A DNA stretch of 64,000 nt from Antedon mediterranea (lineage: Eukaryota; Animalia; Echinodermata), in contig NC_092672.1 in NCBI RefSeq assembly GCF_964355755.1, positions 20,225,237 through 20,289,236 of the forward strand. The letters run 5' to 3'. Below the pieces are notes generated by a model. It worked only from the letters and a program-made list of their open reading frames with translations. It searched no databases and was not told the DNA's origin. Of the stretch, positions 38,701-52,503 are shown in pieces. The position numbers and the translations under genes were made by a program. Within the stretch, counting starts at the first letter, position 1. Each line of letters starts with the position of its first letter.

Positions 38701-39250
38701 TATTTACTTTCCGAAAAAAGTTAAAGAATCATTATATATCTAAATATTATACTGCTTAGTTAATATGCTTATTAATATTATCATTATTTATACTCGTATA
38801 CTATTTATGTCTTACACAAAATATTAGTTGTTGTTTATTATTGCAATCTTTAATCTATACTATATATAATGTATATATAGTATATACTATATATATACTG
38901 GAATTATAATTTATGTATACATATTTTTTTTTTCATTTACCAATATCGGTAGTTATTTCATTTATAATTATCATGAAACTATTGAAATATAATTTAAATA
39001 ATTTTTTTAAAAAAGATGTTAGTTATGTAATATTATACTGTAATTTTTTATCCTAAATTATATAATTATATATTCTAGGTTATTTTTATTTTTTTAGCAA
39101 TGTGTTTTGTTGTGGGTCCCTACGAGACAAGTTTTTAACTTCTAGAAGGGATCCATGATAATAATGACTACCAATTACTGCTTTATCTATGTTCACTTTA
39201 ATATCTTTTTTCTATTTTGTATATATTCATTCATTATTATCTAAATAAAT
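35760..39250 (+). mobile_element. Daphne/Crack-like (CR1/L2 group) LINE ORF2 pseudogene plus AT-rich 3' UTR
   Basis: LNIRS, ISETWL, GGGVA, GDFN, SDHLP, NYRPISLL, DLSKAFD, PQGSVLGP, FADD motifs across broken ORFs; 3' hairpin region near 39114-39153. Confidence 0.88.
37703..37734. mobile_element. 32-bp perfectly palindromic micro-element inserted in the LINE RT
   Basis: CATGGAGAAATCAGTT|AACTGATTTCTCCATG flanked by 7-bp direct repeat ATCTTAT; removing 39 bp restores AVLDLINNIT in frame. Confidence 0.8.
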
Positions 39251-39975
39251 ATTATCTGAAAGCACGTCTCTAACGTATACTACGGCTTATCATATATAAT
39301 TCGTCGTTAACATGAGCATACTATCATCATTATGTGTATCAAACCTAACTAATTCATAAGTAAATAATAATATATAAGATTGTCTCCACACGGAGCATTA
39401 AAGGTGTACAACAACGTTAATACAACGTATCGCCTATTGTGCACAGCTCTCATACCATGAACAGTGATTACAACAAACCGTGACTAGCCTAATTTACATA
39501 TCAAGGTATCAAGGTGCGATGTACATACATAACATGACTCCCTGCAAAGATAAATTATGAAACTGACAGTATCATCACTTTTCCTTTGCATACACAACAA
39601 TAGTGGCTCCTTGGCGGGGAATTGATTACAATAATATTAACTACTGACATTCAATGATTGAAGTTTCTCCTTCATCTAAATGTTCAAGCAGCGATATTGT
39701 TATAATGTTTTTTTATTGAGAATTGTCCTATAATTTCACACATAAATTAATTATTCTCTCAGATTTGAAATCAAAATAAAATGTACATTGACTTAGTAAT
39801 GTATTTAATAATTGCCCTGATTCAATACACAACTATTAATTTAGATTGTATACTGGCTTTTTCTTTTATCCAAATGTACATGAAAAACATAAGCACTCAT
39901 TTTGAGGACTTGTGATGAGTTGAAAAACAAATAACAATATTTTCAAGTTAAAGTTCAATACAATTTTTTTTTTCT

Positions 39976-40075
39976 CTCTATTGTTCACTATGTCGGTTGG
40001 TCGGTCTGTCTGTCGGTCCGTCGGTCCGGTATCACTATGCGTTTTAGCACGCGACTTATGGCTGTTGGCCTTGTT
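39976..40075 (+). mobile_element. Short DINE-1/HINE-like element (5' hairpin missing)
   Basis: CACTATG-(GTCG/GTCT)n-CACTATGCG-CACGCGACT subTIR-GGCTGTTGGCC hairpin-TTGTT. Confidence 0.7.
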
Positions 40076-42511
40076 TTTGTAATAGTCAAATGAATACAAA
40101 ACAGAAAATATATGTAAGTTACACAATTTGTTTAAACAGTAGCATGAAAACATAAAAAATAAAATACATGATTAAAGGTAATGACCATTACAGAAACCAG
40201 AACTTAAAATAAATAAATAAAATCAACAGAAATATAGAAAATAGCATATTATTTTCATCAGAAAAATTATTATATAAAAGTTTTTATAATTAGAAACAAT
40301 GGTTAAATCAAGACTAAATTCCACTTATATTTGAGGTAAAACATAATTTTTTGTTTAAAATAATTGACAAACTCTGCAATCCTCCAAAAAACATAGCAAA
40401 CCTCATTTAAACAACAAAAAAGTGATTGAATAAGTAGTGTACAACTCACTTGGTTTGTCAATTAAAATGTAAATATATTTTTGTTAAATACTAAAATTTG
40501 TGGTTAAGCATCATTTTTGGGTTTAAAAAATAATTTCTAAACCTTCACTCTCGAATTAAAGGGGGCGTAATCACCAGCCCAAACAATGTTACAGTACTGT
40601 ATAAGTAAAACATTTTATTTTAATTTCTTTAGAATACTAATATATTTAGATATTTTATTTGATAAAAATTGTTTGCAGCCAATAATCCAATTAAAAGACC
40701 AAGGAATGCTTCACTTATTAATTTTCCATTACAAAAATATAACAATTGTTGTGTGTAAGTTTATATCTAATACAATTTGTTTTAGTCGTATTAATTAATA
40801 ATTGGTTTTTAGTGAACCATTCACTAGCTTACTTAACTCTAAATTTAAAAAGTTTAACAATACATCAATATTGATATAAAGTTGTATATAGCGAAACAAC
40901 TTGAAAATAACTTGAAAATATCATGGATAACAACATCAAAAGTTTTTTGATAAATCTAGAAAAATACTTAATAAAATTAATTGTTTTTAAATGCAGTATT
41001 AACAGAATTAGTGAGTTCAAGAAAAGCATGACAAGTGGTATGGTATGCATACATATTTCAATATTTTTTTTTAAATGGTTAAAATTAAAATTGGTAAATA
41101 TTAAAATATAAAGTACTGTATATCCGTTTTGAAATACAAGATTATTAAAATTGTAATATGATTAGGTAAATAACCCATCATGAATGATTAATTCTCTTCG
41201 TATGTGAGATGGCTTATAATTAAGGAGCAACCTTTTTAAGAATCATGCTCTAAACCTTTACTAGAATTCAAATTACTAATTATATTAAGCACTTCTGTTT
41301 CAGATATAAATGAGAGGCTTTATGGGAGGTAGTAATTAAGAGATTATGTCTTTTGTATTTTTAGGTTAGAATTACAGAGTTTTACACATTTTGGAAAAAT
41401 AATTTAATTACAAATTCTGGCTAATTAGGTTTGTATCATAAAAATATTCCTCAATCTGTTTTTAAACATGAGGTGTATTTCTACTTTCTTTACCAGGATT
41501 AATTACAGAATGTATTACTTCTCATTTGTTATGTTACATTTAATCTGATTGAATTTAGTTTTGTAGCCTTTTTTTCTTTGAAATTTTACAGAGTGCAGTA
41601 ATAATGTTGCTATACTTTTTATATCTTGAGATATTTGAACATTTATGAATTTGTTAAAGTTTATGCTTATATTTACTAACTTTGTTTAGATGGGGTAGGT
41701 AGAGTGGTGTCATCCATAGTTTTTTTAGTGTTTGGGTTTTTTTTCTTGAACTGCAAAAAGTATATAAAAAAATGTATCCAACATTAGAATTAACTGTATA
41801 GTTTAAACGAATCAGTTTGAGAAAGATCAAAGCAAAATGCCCCTTATATCTCTATATGTGCGAAAAGGGTAAAACCCCTTAATGTAGGCTACCGTCACGG
41901 TCTTACTGTAAGCCTGATCTGTGTGAAGAGTCCATGATATAAGGCCTGCTTACGCAGCGAAGCAAGGATAAATTCGGGACATTTTACTTGATTGAGAAAG
42001 ACTGTGGCAATTATTTTAGGCCAAATTATTAGATTATATCAATATATATTTTTTTAGGTTAAATAATACAATGCAAGAATACGGGCAATAATAATAAAAA
42101 TATAGGCCTAACAGATGTTGGTCCAAAGATTATTTAATTTGCTGTAACGTACGTAAGCCTAGGCCCTAGTTAGCATAGTTCTAGCGGGAATATCCTCTGG
42201 TGTGCGCGCCTGGTGCTAGCTCATAACAGCTTCTGATAATTAAATTCGCGTCTATTTGTAGGCCTAATAGATTTTGTTTCTGTATAATGGCCATCACGAT
42301 CGGGCAGTTAGTAGCACGGAGTGGTGTTGGGAAAAAATATAGGTTTTAACTTTTATGCATCATAATAAAAACCAATAAAACTAAACGACGGACACACCAA
42401 ACAACATCAGTAAACATGTGCGCGCATGGCATGTTTCGTCGGCAGTGCCCTCCATTTTTTTTCTAAAAAAGTGCGACCTCTATTTTATGAAGACAGTAAT
42501 CTTTAAATATT

Positions 42512-42598
42512 GCGCTTTTCACACAGAAAATGGTAAAATAACGCCAATAATACCAGCTTGCTTACTGGGATATTGCCGCAATTCTATGTGAAAAGGGC
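42512..42598. mobile_element. Small Harbinger-like MITE
   Basis: GCGCTTTTCACACAGA pairs with TCTATGTGAAAAGGGC. Confidence 0.5.
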
Positions 42599-45500
42599 TT
42601 AATTCAGTCTGAATGGTCAGGAACGTCAACCATAATCAATTAATTTTTTAAATAGGTAGGCCTAAATGATCAGAAATGTCTGAATTGTAATACCCGATAA
42701 AATATCAAAATTGGTAGGCTTATTGGTCTGTGTAAAAATAATCAATAATCTGCATTAGTTTTTGTAATTCTCGTTGGTTTTGAAATCGTAGGGAAAAAAG
42801 TACAATAGTTGATAAGATGATATAAAACAATTATTAAATAGATTATGCTTATTAAATTTGATTAAAACAATTAATATATTATAACCGCAAAATGTTCTAT
42901 GTTATTAGATTTCAGTTGACTTGTAATAGGTATCCCAATGAAAGCGTACAGAGGGGTATCACTTTTGAAATATTAAAAAAATTCGAATAAGTAGTATGAT
43001 TTTGATGGTAAATAAATCGTGTTCACTCTTAATTAATACTTTAAAAATTTATATTGTTTGAAAGTACTTGTTTTAATCTATTTATAAGTGTGTTTACAAT
43101 TAAAATTAATGAAGTAGTTGCCGAGAAAATGCGATTTTAAAACGGTTCTAAAATCCCGTCGAGCCGATTTCCGCGCGTTGAAAACCTCATCGGAAAATCC
43201 CCATCAGTTTTCAAAAGACGATCCGATCCCATGATTACCATTGAAGCTAGCGGATTAATTTTTGTAGTATGTTATCAGGCTTTAAATGAGCTTTAATTTG
43301 ATGTGAAAATCGTCTTCTATAAATAGGTTTTTCGTAACGAAAGATCAAATTTGGTGACAAAAAACCAATTTTGAATCACCGTTTATGGAAAAATGTTATG
43401 GATTTTGGTATTAAATTATAGCTAAATCTACATTGAAATTGATAAAACATAGATTACATTACGTATTGTGCATGGTAATTGTGCGAACTACATTTTAAAA
43501 TGGTGCTGCATGAGGCGTAAATCCCGTTCAAAATTTCGAAGATTGAACCATTATAATCCGGTGAATATTGTAGTGAGTAAAATATTGTACTGTAAAGTAC
43601 GCGCTAGTTTGTTGTGACGTTTTCCGTTTAATACATCAATGCACCCTATCAGCGAATGGTACGTTCCATATTTTGAACACGTTGTTTTAGTTTTCCTCGC
43701 TCGACTTCGGCCGGCTCGACGCGAGATGTGTGACAGCAGCGATGTCGGAGATTGACATGTCCTATTCCGTCGTAGAATATCTGGTTTTATACATTAATTT
43801 AACAACTTAAAATTGATGTAATGTGCGGAAGATTTATTATGCAAGTATACAATGCAAATGCGTTAGGTTAAAATGTACCGAAGACATTTATTAAGCTAAT
43901 TTACCAACATTACATTTGACTCTGTATACGGCGGTCGAAAGTCATTAACTGCGACCGAAATACTTTAACGGGAGCGACTACTGATCGCGAGTAAGCCGTG
44001 ACTTGGCCTAAACTTTAGCTCCGTATTTCAATTTAATAGCGAGCTTTCGTAACGAGACGGTAAACGTGCAGTACAGCCGGTTTAACCAACCGTTACCGTA
44101 CTCATTTACTAGGCTCCCGTCATGTCTATTACTGTTTCGTTTTGTTCACGCGACGGGGGAACATGTGGGCGACGTCATAGTGCGATCAGGTATCATCATC
44201 AGTCAATTGCGGTTTGCTGCAGCACGTCGCTGAGAGTGAGGCATACATTGTATTTGTCTTGAGGTATTGCCTGTTAAAGAATAGCACGGGCTATTCCATT
44301 TTACTGTGGGTAATTGCGGTCAAATTTATAATAAATATTGAAAAACTGCAGGTATATACAAACGATTTCCTGATTGCTGCCCTCTATATATTTTATTCCG
44401 TGGATTTTTAACTGTGTATTCAATAGATACTATTTGCTGTATATTGTAGAAACCTATTGTAAAGTTTGTTTTCTTTTCTCTCTCGTGTTTTCTTTCACAT
44501 TTCTACTTTTATAAATTACGGTGTATTTTTGTAGTATGATTTAAGGTTTTATTTCAATTGCCGTATACAAGAAATAACACGAGGTCAAAATATGGAGATA
44601 TAAATTCAAAATGATCAAGGCAATTTTCCATCGACGGTATTAAAAAGAAAATACCCGGCACGGGTCATACTATACTAGATAATTTTTTTAAAGCATACCA
44701 TGGCACAGGCGTACATGCATAGGCTATAAAAGTGTTTAAATTTCATATAAATATTATTTTGATGATTTGCATCTCTAAGTATGATTATTAAGAAAATCGG
44801 TTTTAATTCAATTTAAGTTTCATCTTACTCAATGACAGATTCATCTTTTTAACATGCTCTTTTTATTGCTCTAATTTTGTTCCAATATAACAAACCTAAA
44901 ATTAAACATAAACAAAGTCCCAAGTTAAATATGCAATTTTTGTTATTTTTAAAGCGAGTTTGTTTTGTTGTACTTATTTTAATACATACAATTAAATACT
45001 TAAAAGTATTTAATTGTTGTAATAACAGCCAATTTAACGATGACCACCATACTTACCAACCTGAGAGATTTAAAATGCGTGATCGGACACAAAGTATTTA
45101 CAGCCCCCACCCCCTCGTGGCGACTTGCGACGGAAACAAATTTAGTTCACTGGCACTCCTGGCCGGAAATATTACTCTCGCACGTAAAATTCATGATGAA
45201 TGGCACCTCTTGTATTCCGGTACGGCGGTAAACGATGCAAATATTATTAGATTGTATATTACTCTTTTTTTTGTTAATTCAACGTTTTTCATGCTGATTC
45301 ATGAATTTATTTTATTAAAAAACATTTTTTGGAGGGTAAAAATTGAACTGATCCACCAACCAATAGCAAGAAAATTGGGTTTACCTTTTATAAACGCACA
45401 CAAAATCATGTCATGTGTAATTGTGATCATGACAAACGTGAAGTGGTTATAGGCCCATCCTCGTCACGGCGAGCGACCACGGACACAGTAATTGTAACTT

Positions 45501-45934
45501 TCCCTGATATTACGTATTTTATTGATGTGTCATGATGTAATAATATAAATAGGCCTACTCGTGTAATGTTCTATACTTTTAAAATATACCAATTAATTTG
45601 AATGCATTTTCCTCTCAAATTGTGTTAAAAAATGATAACGCATCGTATAGGCCTACTTAGGTTTAAACGCGTGTTTCATTAAAATTACTTGAAATGCGGG
45701 ACCGTCCCGAACGATGCGAGACGGTTGGTAACTATGGACCACATAAATAATTTTAAGTAGCCCTACCATTTGTTTGTTGGAATTAATGGTATCGATTAAT
45801 TACACAACTATTGCATATTATGTAATACAAACAATACGCATACATACATAGCGGATTAATACAATTTACAGCTTGCCCAGTTTGTTTAAATGGACCCGAA
45901 CTCATGGTGGTTACAAAATGGGGATTTGAATTGA

Positions 45935-48900
45935 ATGTTATTTAACTAAAAAAAACACGCTCTCAGGAAAAAATCACAGAAATTGCATAACTGTACCTTT
46001 AAATTTATTTTTATTGAATGAATTTATTAGTGTTCATCACATAGAACTAAAGTAAAGTCAAACAAGATAAAATCAAGTCTATTTAAGCAATTGAATGCTG
46101 TACCTTTACATTTATTTTTATTGAATGAAATTATTAGTGTTCATCACATGGAACTAAAGTAAACTCAAACAAGAAAAAATCAGGTCTATTTAAGCAATTG
46201 AATGCTGTTTAATTAAATAAACACGCTCTCAAGGAAAATCACAGAAATTACGTAACTGTACCCTTAAATTTAATTTTATTGAATGAAATTATTAGTGTTC
46301 ATCACATGGAACTAAAGTAAACTTAAACAAGAAAAAATCAGGTCTATTTTAGCAATTGAATGCTGTTTAATTAAAAAACACGCTCTCAAGAAAAATCACA
46401 GAAACTACGTAACTGTACCTTTAAATTTATTTTTATTGAATTAAATTATTAGTGTTTATCACATAGAACTAAAGTAAACTCAAACAAGAAAAAACCAGGT
46501 CTATTTCAGCAATTGAATGCTGTTTTATTAAAACACACGCTCTCAAGAAAAATCACATAAATTACGTAACTGTACCTTTAAATTTATTTTTATTGAATTA
46601 AATTATTAGCTTTCATCACATAGAACTAAAGTAAACTCAAAAAAGAAAAAATCAGGTCTATTTAAGCAATTGAATGCTGTTTAATTAAAAAACACGCTCT
46701 CAAGAAAAATCACATAAATTACGTAACTGTACCTTTAAATTTATTTTTATTGAATTAAATTATTAGTGTTCATCACATAGAACTAAAGTAAACTCAAAAA
46801 AGAAAAAACCAGGTCTATTTAAGGAATTGAATGTGGTTTAATTAAAAAACACGCTCTCAAGAAAAATCACATAAATTACGTAACTGTACCTTTAAATTTT
46901 ATTTGATTGAATGAAATTATTAGTGTTCATCACATAGAACTAAAGTAAACTCAAAAAAGAAAAAAACAGGTCTATTTAAGCAATTGAATGTGGTTTAATA
47001 GTATGTTAAACTAAACGGTATTTTATCTGATAAAAGAACTGTTAGCATTGGCACGCCACAAGGGTCTGTTATCTCCCCAATGTTGTTTTCACTGTTCACC
47101 AGCAGTTTCAGAGCCAATTCAAATGAATGTTGTATAGTAAAATATGCAGATGACACAGTCATCACTGGATACATTACTGGCAATGATGAAACAAGCTATA
47201 GACAACTAGGATGTGATTTTTATCACTGGTGCTGCAATAACAACCTGAAACTAAACATAAAGAAAACAAAAGAAATGCAAATTGATTTTAGGAAAATTAA
47301 AGAACCCTTAGAACCTCTGATTATAAATGAAAATGAGATTGAAGTAGTAAATGAGTACAAATATCTGGGTTGTATAATTGACAATAAGCTAAGTTGGATA
47401 AATAATGTAAATAAAGCCACATGCAAAGCCAACCAAAGGATGTTTATTTTAAGAAAAATGAAGTACCTACAAATTGACAAAACTATACTTAAATTGTTTT
47501 ATAACTCTGTAATTCTCAGTGTAATACTTTTTTGTAATGTTTGTTTTTATGGTAATACAATGCAAAAAGATAAAATTAAACTTAATCGAATAGGAAATAG
47601 AGCAATTAGACTAGTAGGAGAGCACTTACCTGATGTTGAATCCTTGTATAAAGAAAATGTGTTAAAAAAGTAAAAAGTATCATTGATGATGAAACACATC
47701 CTCTTCACAAACAATTTGCTCTCATGAATTCTGGCATAAGACTACGTGCACTTAATACCAAAACAAAACGGTTTAGGTGCTCGTTTGTACCTAATGCTAT
47801 ACACTTATATAACTCCATAGTACAAAGGTAAAATGTAACCGATAATTTTTATCTAATTTTAACAATTTTTAGCCTCTTAACTTTTTGTGTGTGTTTTTGT
47901 AAATTGTATTTTATATTTTTGTATTTTGCCAGTTTTCAAATCACATTTCTGTTTTTTAAATGGACAATAAAGTATATATGACTATGACTATGACTATAAT
48001 TAAAAAACACGCTCTCAAGAAAAATCACATAAATTACGTAACTGTACCTTTAAATTTTATTTGATTGAATGAAATTATTAGTGTTCATCACATGGAACTA
48101 AAGTAAACTCAAACAAGAAAAAATCAGGTTTATTTAAGCAATTGAATGCTGTTTAATTAAATAAACACGCTCTCAAGAAAATCACATAAATTACGTAACT
48201 GTACCTTTAAATTTATTTTTATTGAATTAAATTATTAGTGTTCATCACATAGAACTAAAGTAAACTCAAACAAGAAAAAACCAGGTCTATTTAAGCAATC
48301 GAATGCTGTTTAATTAAAAAACACGCTCTCAAGAAAAATCACATAAATTACGTAACTGTACCTTTAAATTTATTTTTATTGAATTAAATTATTAGTGTTC
48401 ATCACATAGAACTAAAGTAAACTCAAACAAGAAAAAACCAGGTCTATTTAAGCAATTGAATGCTGTTTAATTAAAAAACACGCTCTCAAGAAAAATCACA
48501 TAAATTACGTAACTGTACCTTTAAATTTATTTTTATTGAATTAAATTATTAGTGTTCATCACATAGAACTAAAGTAAACTCAAACAAGAAAAAACCAGGT
48601 CTATTTAAGCAATCGAATGCTGTTTAATTAAAAAACACGCTCTCAAGAAAAATCACATAAATTACGTAACTGTACCTTTAAATTTATTTTTATTGAATTA
48701 AATTATTAGTGTTCATCACTTAGAACTAAAGTAAACTCAAACAAGAAAAAACCAGGTCTATTTAAGCAATTGAATGCTGTTTAATTAAAAAACACGCTCT
48801 CAAGAAAAATCACATAAATTACGTAACTGTACCTTTAAATTTATTTTTATTGAATTAAATTATTAGTGTTCATCACATAGAACTAAAGTAAACTCAAACA

Positions 48901-49474
48901 AGAAAAAACCAGGTCTATTTAAGCAATTGAATGCTGTTTAATTAAAAAACACGCTCTCAAGAAAAATCACATAAATTACATAACTGTACCTTTAAATTTA
49001 TTTTTATTGAATTAAATTATTAGTGTTCATCACATAGAACTAAAGTAAACTCAAAAAAGAAAAAATCAGGTCTATTTAAGCAATTGAATGCTGTTTAATT
49101 AAATAAACACGCTCTCAAGGAAAATCACAGAAATTACGTAACTGTCCCTTTAAATTTATTTTTATTGAATTAAATTATTAGTGTTCATCACATAGAACTA
49201 AAGTAAACTCAAAAAAGAAAAAACCAGGTCTATTTTAGCAATTGAATGCTGTTTAATTAAAAAACACGCTCTCAAGAAAAATCACAGAAACTACGTAACT
49301 GTACCTTTAAATTTATTTTTATTGAATTAAATTATTAGTGTTCATCACATAGAACTAAAGTAAACTCAAACAAGAAAAAACCAGGTCTATTTAAGCAATT
49401 GAATGCTGTTTAATTAAAAAACACGCTCTCAAGAAAAATCACATAAATTACGTAACTGTACCTTTAAATTTATT
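45935..49474. repeat. 157-bp satellite array (~17 units) interrupted by a LINE and cut on the right by the nested cluster
   Basis: CACGCTCTC at 46222, 46379, 46536, 46693, 46850 and every ~157 bp from ~48008 to 49422. Confidence 0.95.
47000..47996 (+). mobile_element. 5'-truncated Rex/Babar-like LINE (RT C-terminal half) with (GACTAT)n tail
   Basis: GTPQGSVISP, KYADD, LNIKKTKEMQIDFR, HPLH motifs; TAAT duplicated at 46996-46999 and 47997-48000. Confidence 0.88.
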
Positions 49475-49516
49475 GGTTATCCGCACTTGGCGGATAACCC
49501 CTTGTTATTGTCAGGA

Positions 49517-49547
<31 letters not shown>

Positions 49548-49579
49548 GGTTATCCGCAACTAGTAAGTTGCGGATAATT

Positions 49580-50800
49580 GGTTATCCGCAACTAGTAAGT
49601 TGCGGATAACCCTTGTTATTGTCACGTTTCTTTTTCTTCATCTTTATTCTTCTTTCTTTCCCGGATTTTTGTTGCAGCTATATCTCAAATGTTTGTAGAC
49701 ATAACTTTGTATAACTTTGTCATAAGATTGACCTGTAGCTGTAGATGTGCAGGAAACTTTGTTATATGACGTTAGAGTCGCGTAGCGTAAGTAACGCGCG
49801 ATTTTACGAATTTCAATGATTGGTCATAGATTATAAACCAAAAGTCATTTTGTATTGACACTTGGTGAAAATTTAAGTCATATCAAGGCAAACTTTCTAT
49901 GGATTAAAAATGGCATGTTTCACAAGAAGTTACGCGCGCACGCGCATTTAAAATTTCAAAATGCGCAAAATTAATTTTTAATCAACTTTCTACGCTGATC
50001 ATGACATTTTGAGCATGTCAAAAATTCCCGCGCGCGCGAACAAATTTACGCGTATGGTGCGCACGGAGCATGAAAATCATGTTTTTTTCTCTTGAATTAT
50101 GATTTTCCAACCTTTCCTAGTCATTTTAAAAAAGATTGACATCATTTGAAATTAAAATGACGTCATACGAACACGTTGATTTATACCATTTGCGCGCGTT
50201 TTAGTTGAAAAAGTTATAAATATTGTCAAAATAATGCCAATTTTGAATCTATTATAGCTCCTCAGGATCATCCACGACCCCCAATTTTTTAAATTTTATA
50301 TGTAAGTAGATATGTTGTAGATATGAATTCATGCAGAATCTTGACCCCTAGGATGTTATAACGTCATCGTATGGCCACACGAATGTAAAATATAGGGTTT
50401 TTTACTCTTTCGTTATTGCTCATCACATTAAATAGAGCGCATCTCACTTTTACGTGCCCAAAATCCTTCAAATTTGTTTTAATGTAATTATTTAGATAAT
50501 TATCTTCCAAAATTGTTATCTTTATGTCAATTTGATGACGTCATCGTGTTAATAATTGGATTTAAAAGATGGGTCTCGTAATTTTGTCTATGCTACACTG
50601 TATATAACATATACAGTTTATTCTGTAAAATACTGTAGTATGATATATGCTACATAATAGGTACAATTCAGCACTGTAAACATATTTATTTCATGTCATA
50701 GGATGGCATAATAATTGTCGAGGTTCATATGGTAAAGTATGTGCATGTTGCATTTGCGCGGATAACCCGAACTCGTCAAAGTGACGAGTTCAAATCTAGT
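49580..50800 (+). mobile_element. Intact HINE-like copy, subfamily A (1.22 kb)
   Basis: Head loop AACTAGTAAGTT; uninterrupted leader CATCTTTATTCTTCTTTC; complete tail. Confidence 0.85.
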
Positions 50801-50942
50801 TGGTTATCCGCAACTAGTAAGTTGCGGATAACCCTTGTTATTGTCACGTTTCTTTTTCTTCATCTTTATTAGTTATCCGCTTAGTAGCGGATAACTCCTT
50901 GTAATCGTCCTGGATCTTTTTTTTTTTGTTCTTTATATTATT

Positions 50943-52419
50943 AGTTATCCGCTTAGTAGCGGATAACTCCTTGTAATCGTCCTGTTACTTTTTTTTTTTT
51001 TTTTCTTTTTTCTTTCTCCCTCATTTTTGTGTCTCACGTATCTCAAAAACTTGTAAACATAACATTTCATAACTTTGTCAACATATGGGCATTTACGTGA
51101 AGTTGTGCACCTCCTATTTTTGAATGACGTCAGAGTTGCGCAACGTGACTTACGTGCGATTTTATGATTTTTTATGATTGATCATAGACTAAAAACCAAG
51201 CATAAATTTGTTTTGACACTTTGTGAAAATTTAAGTCATATCAAGGGCAAACTTTTTGTGGATTAAAAATGGCATGTTTTACAAGACGTTACACGCGCAC
51301 GCGCATTTCTCCTCTATTTTTGTGTCTCGCGTATCTCAAAAACGTGTAAACATAACATTTCATAACTTTGTCAACATATGGGCATTCACGTGAAGTTGTG
51401 CACCTCCTATTGTGAATGACGTCAGAAATGCGTAACGTGACTTAAGCGCGATTTTATGAATTTCGCGTATTTAACATAGATTTAAAACCATATAACAATT
51501 TAAATTGAAACTAAGCAAAAGTTTAATTTATATCATGCGCTAACTTTCTGTGGAAAAAAAATTGCGTGTTTTACACAAAGTTACGTGCGCACACGCATTT
51601 AAAATTCAAAATGCGAAAAATTAATTTTTAATCAACTTTCTACGCTGATCATGACATTTTGAGCATGTCAAAATTTCCCACGTGCGCGAACAATTTTATG
51701 TGCGTAGTGCGCACGTAGCGCTAAAAGTATTTTTTTTTATTGAATTATGTTTTTCCAGCCTTTTATAGTAATTTTACCAATTTTAAAACAATTTCGCTAT
51801 ACAATTACGTCATACGGGCACGTTGAATTGGATACTTTACGTGCGTTTTTGATGAAAAAGTTCAAAAATTTGTCAAAATTATGCCTTTTTTTAAACAGTC
51901 ATAGATTCTAAACAACGAGGTGAACTTTTTTTTACTTACATATTCTGGAAGGTGATGAGTTTTAGATATCGGATCATTAATCAATATGGTTAACCGGACA
52001 TTGTGACGTCATCGTATGGCCACACGAATGTAAAATATATGGTTTTTGTCTCTTTCGTTATTGCTCCTCACATTAAATGGAGCGCATCACCGTTATCTGT
52101 ATTCCTTTTTCTCCGAGATTTTAATATTGTCTAGGTCAATCAACTATCTTATGCATGTGTTAAAAATATTTAATTTTTATGACATCATCATGCCTAAAAA
52201 TTTAAATTAGGTGTATTCAGATTATACTGTGTACTTTAAAATGTATATACTATATGACACAAAATAGACAGAATTTAGCACTAACAACATATCATATTCT
52301 TCAGTTCAGGTCATAATGCCATAATCTTTTTCTGTGTGCAACATTCCAACGTATGACGTGTACGTGGCGTTTGTCGAGCGGATAACTAACTCGTCAAAGT
52401 GACGAGTTTCATGTCTAGT
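50943..52419 (+). mobile_element. Intact subfamily B copy (1.48 kb)
   Basis: Head loop TTAGTA; internal ~293-bp duplication; complete tail. Confidence 0.85.
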
Positions 52420-52425
52420 ATTATT

Positions 52426-52467
52426 AGTTATCCGCTTAGTAGCGGATAACTCCTTGTAATCGTCCTG

Positions 52468-52503
<36 letters not shown>

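Noticed and set aside
44877-45452. 191-aa ORF
   Set aside because: Non-ATG start, AT-biased composition, no recognisable motif or splice structure
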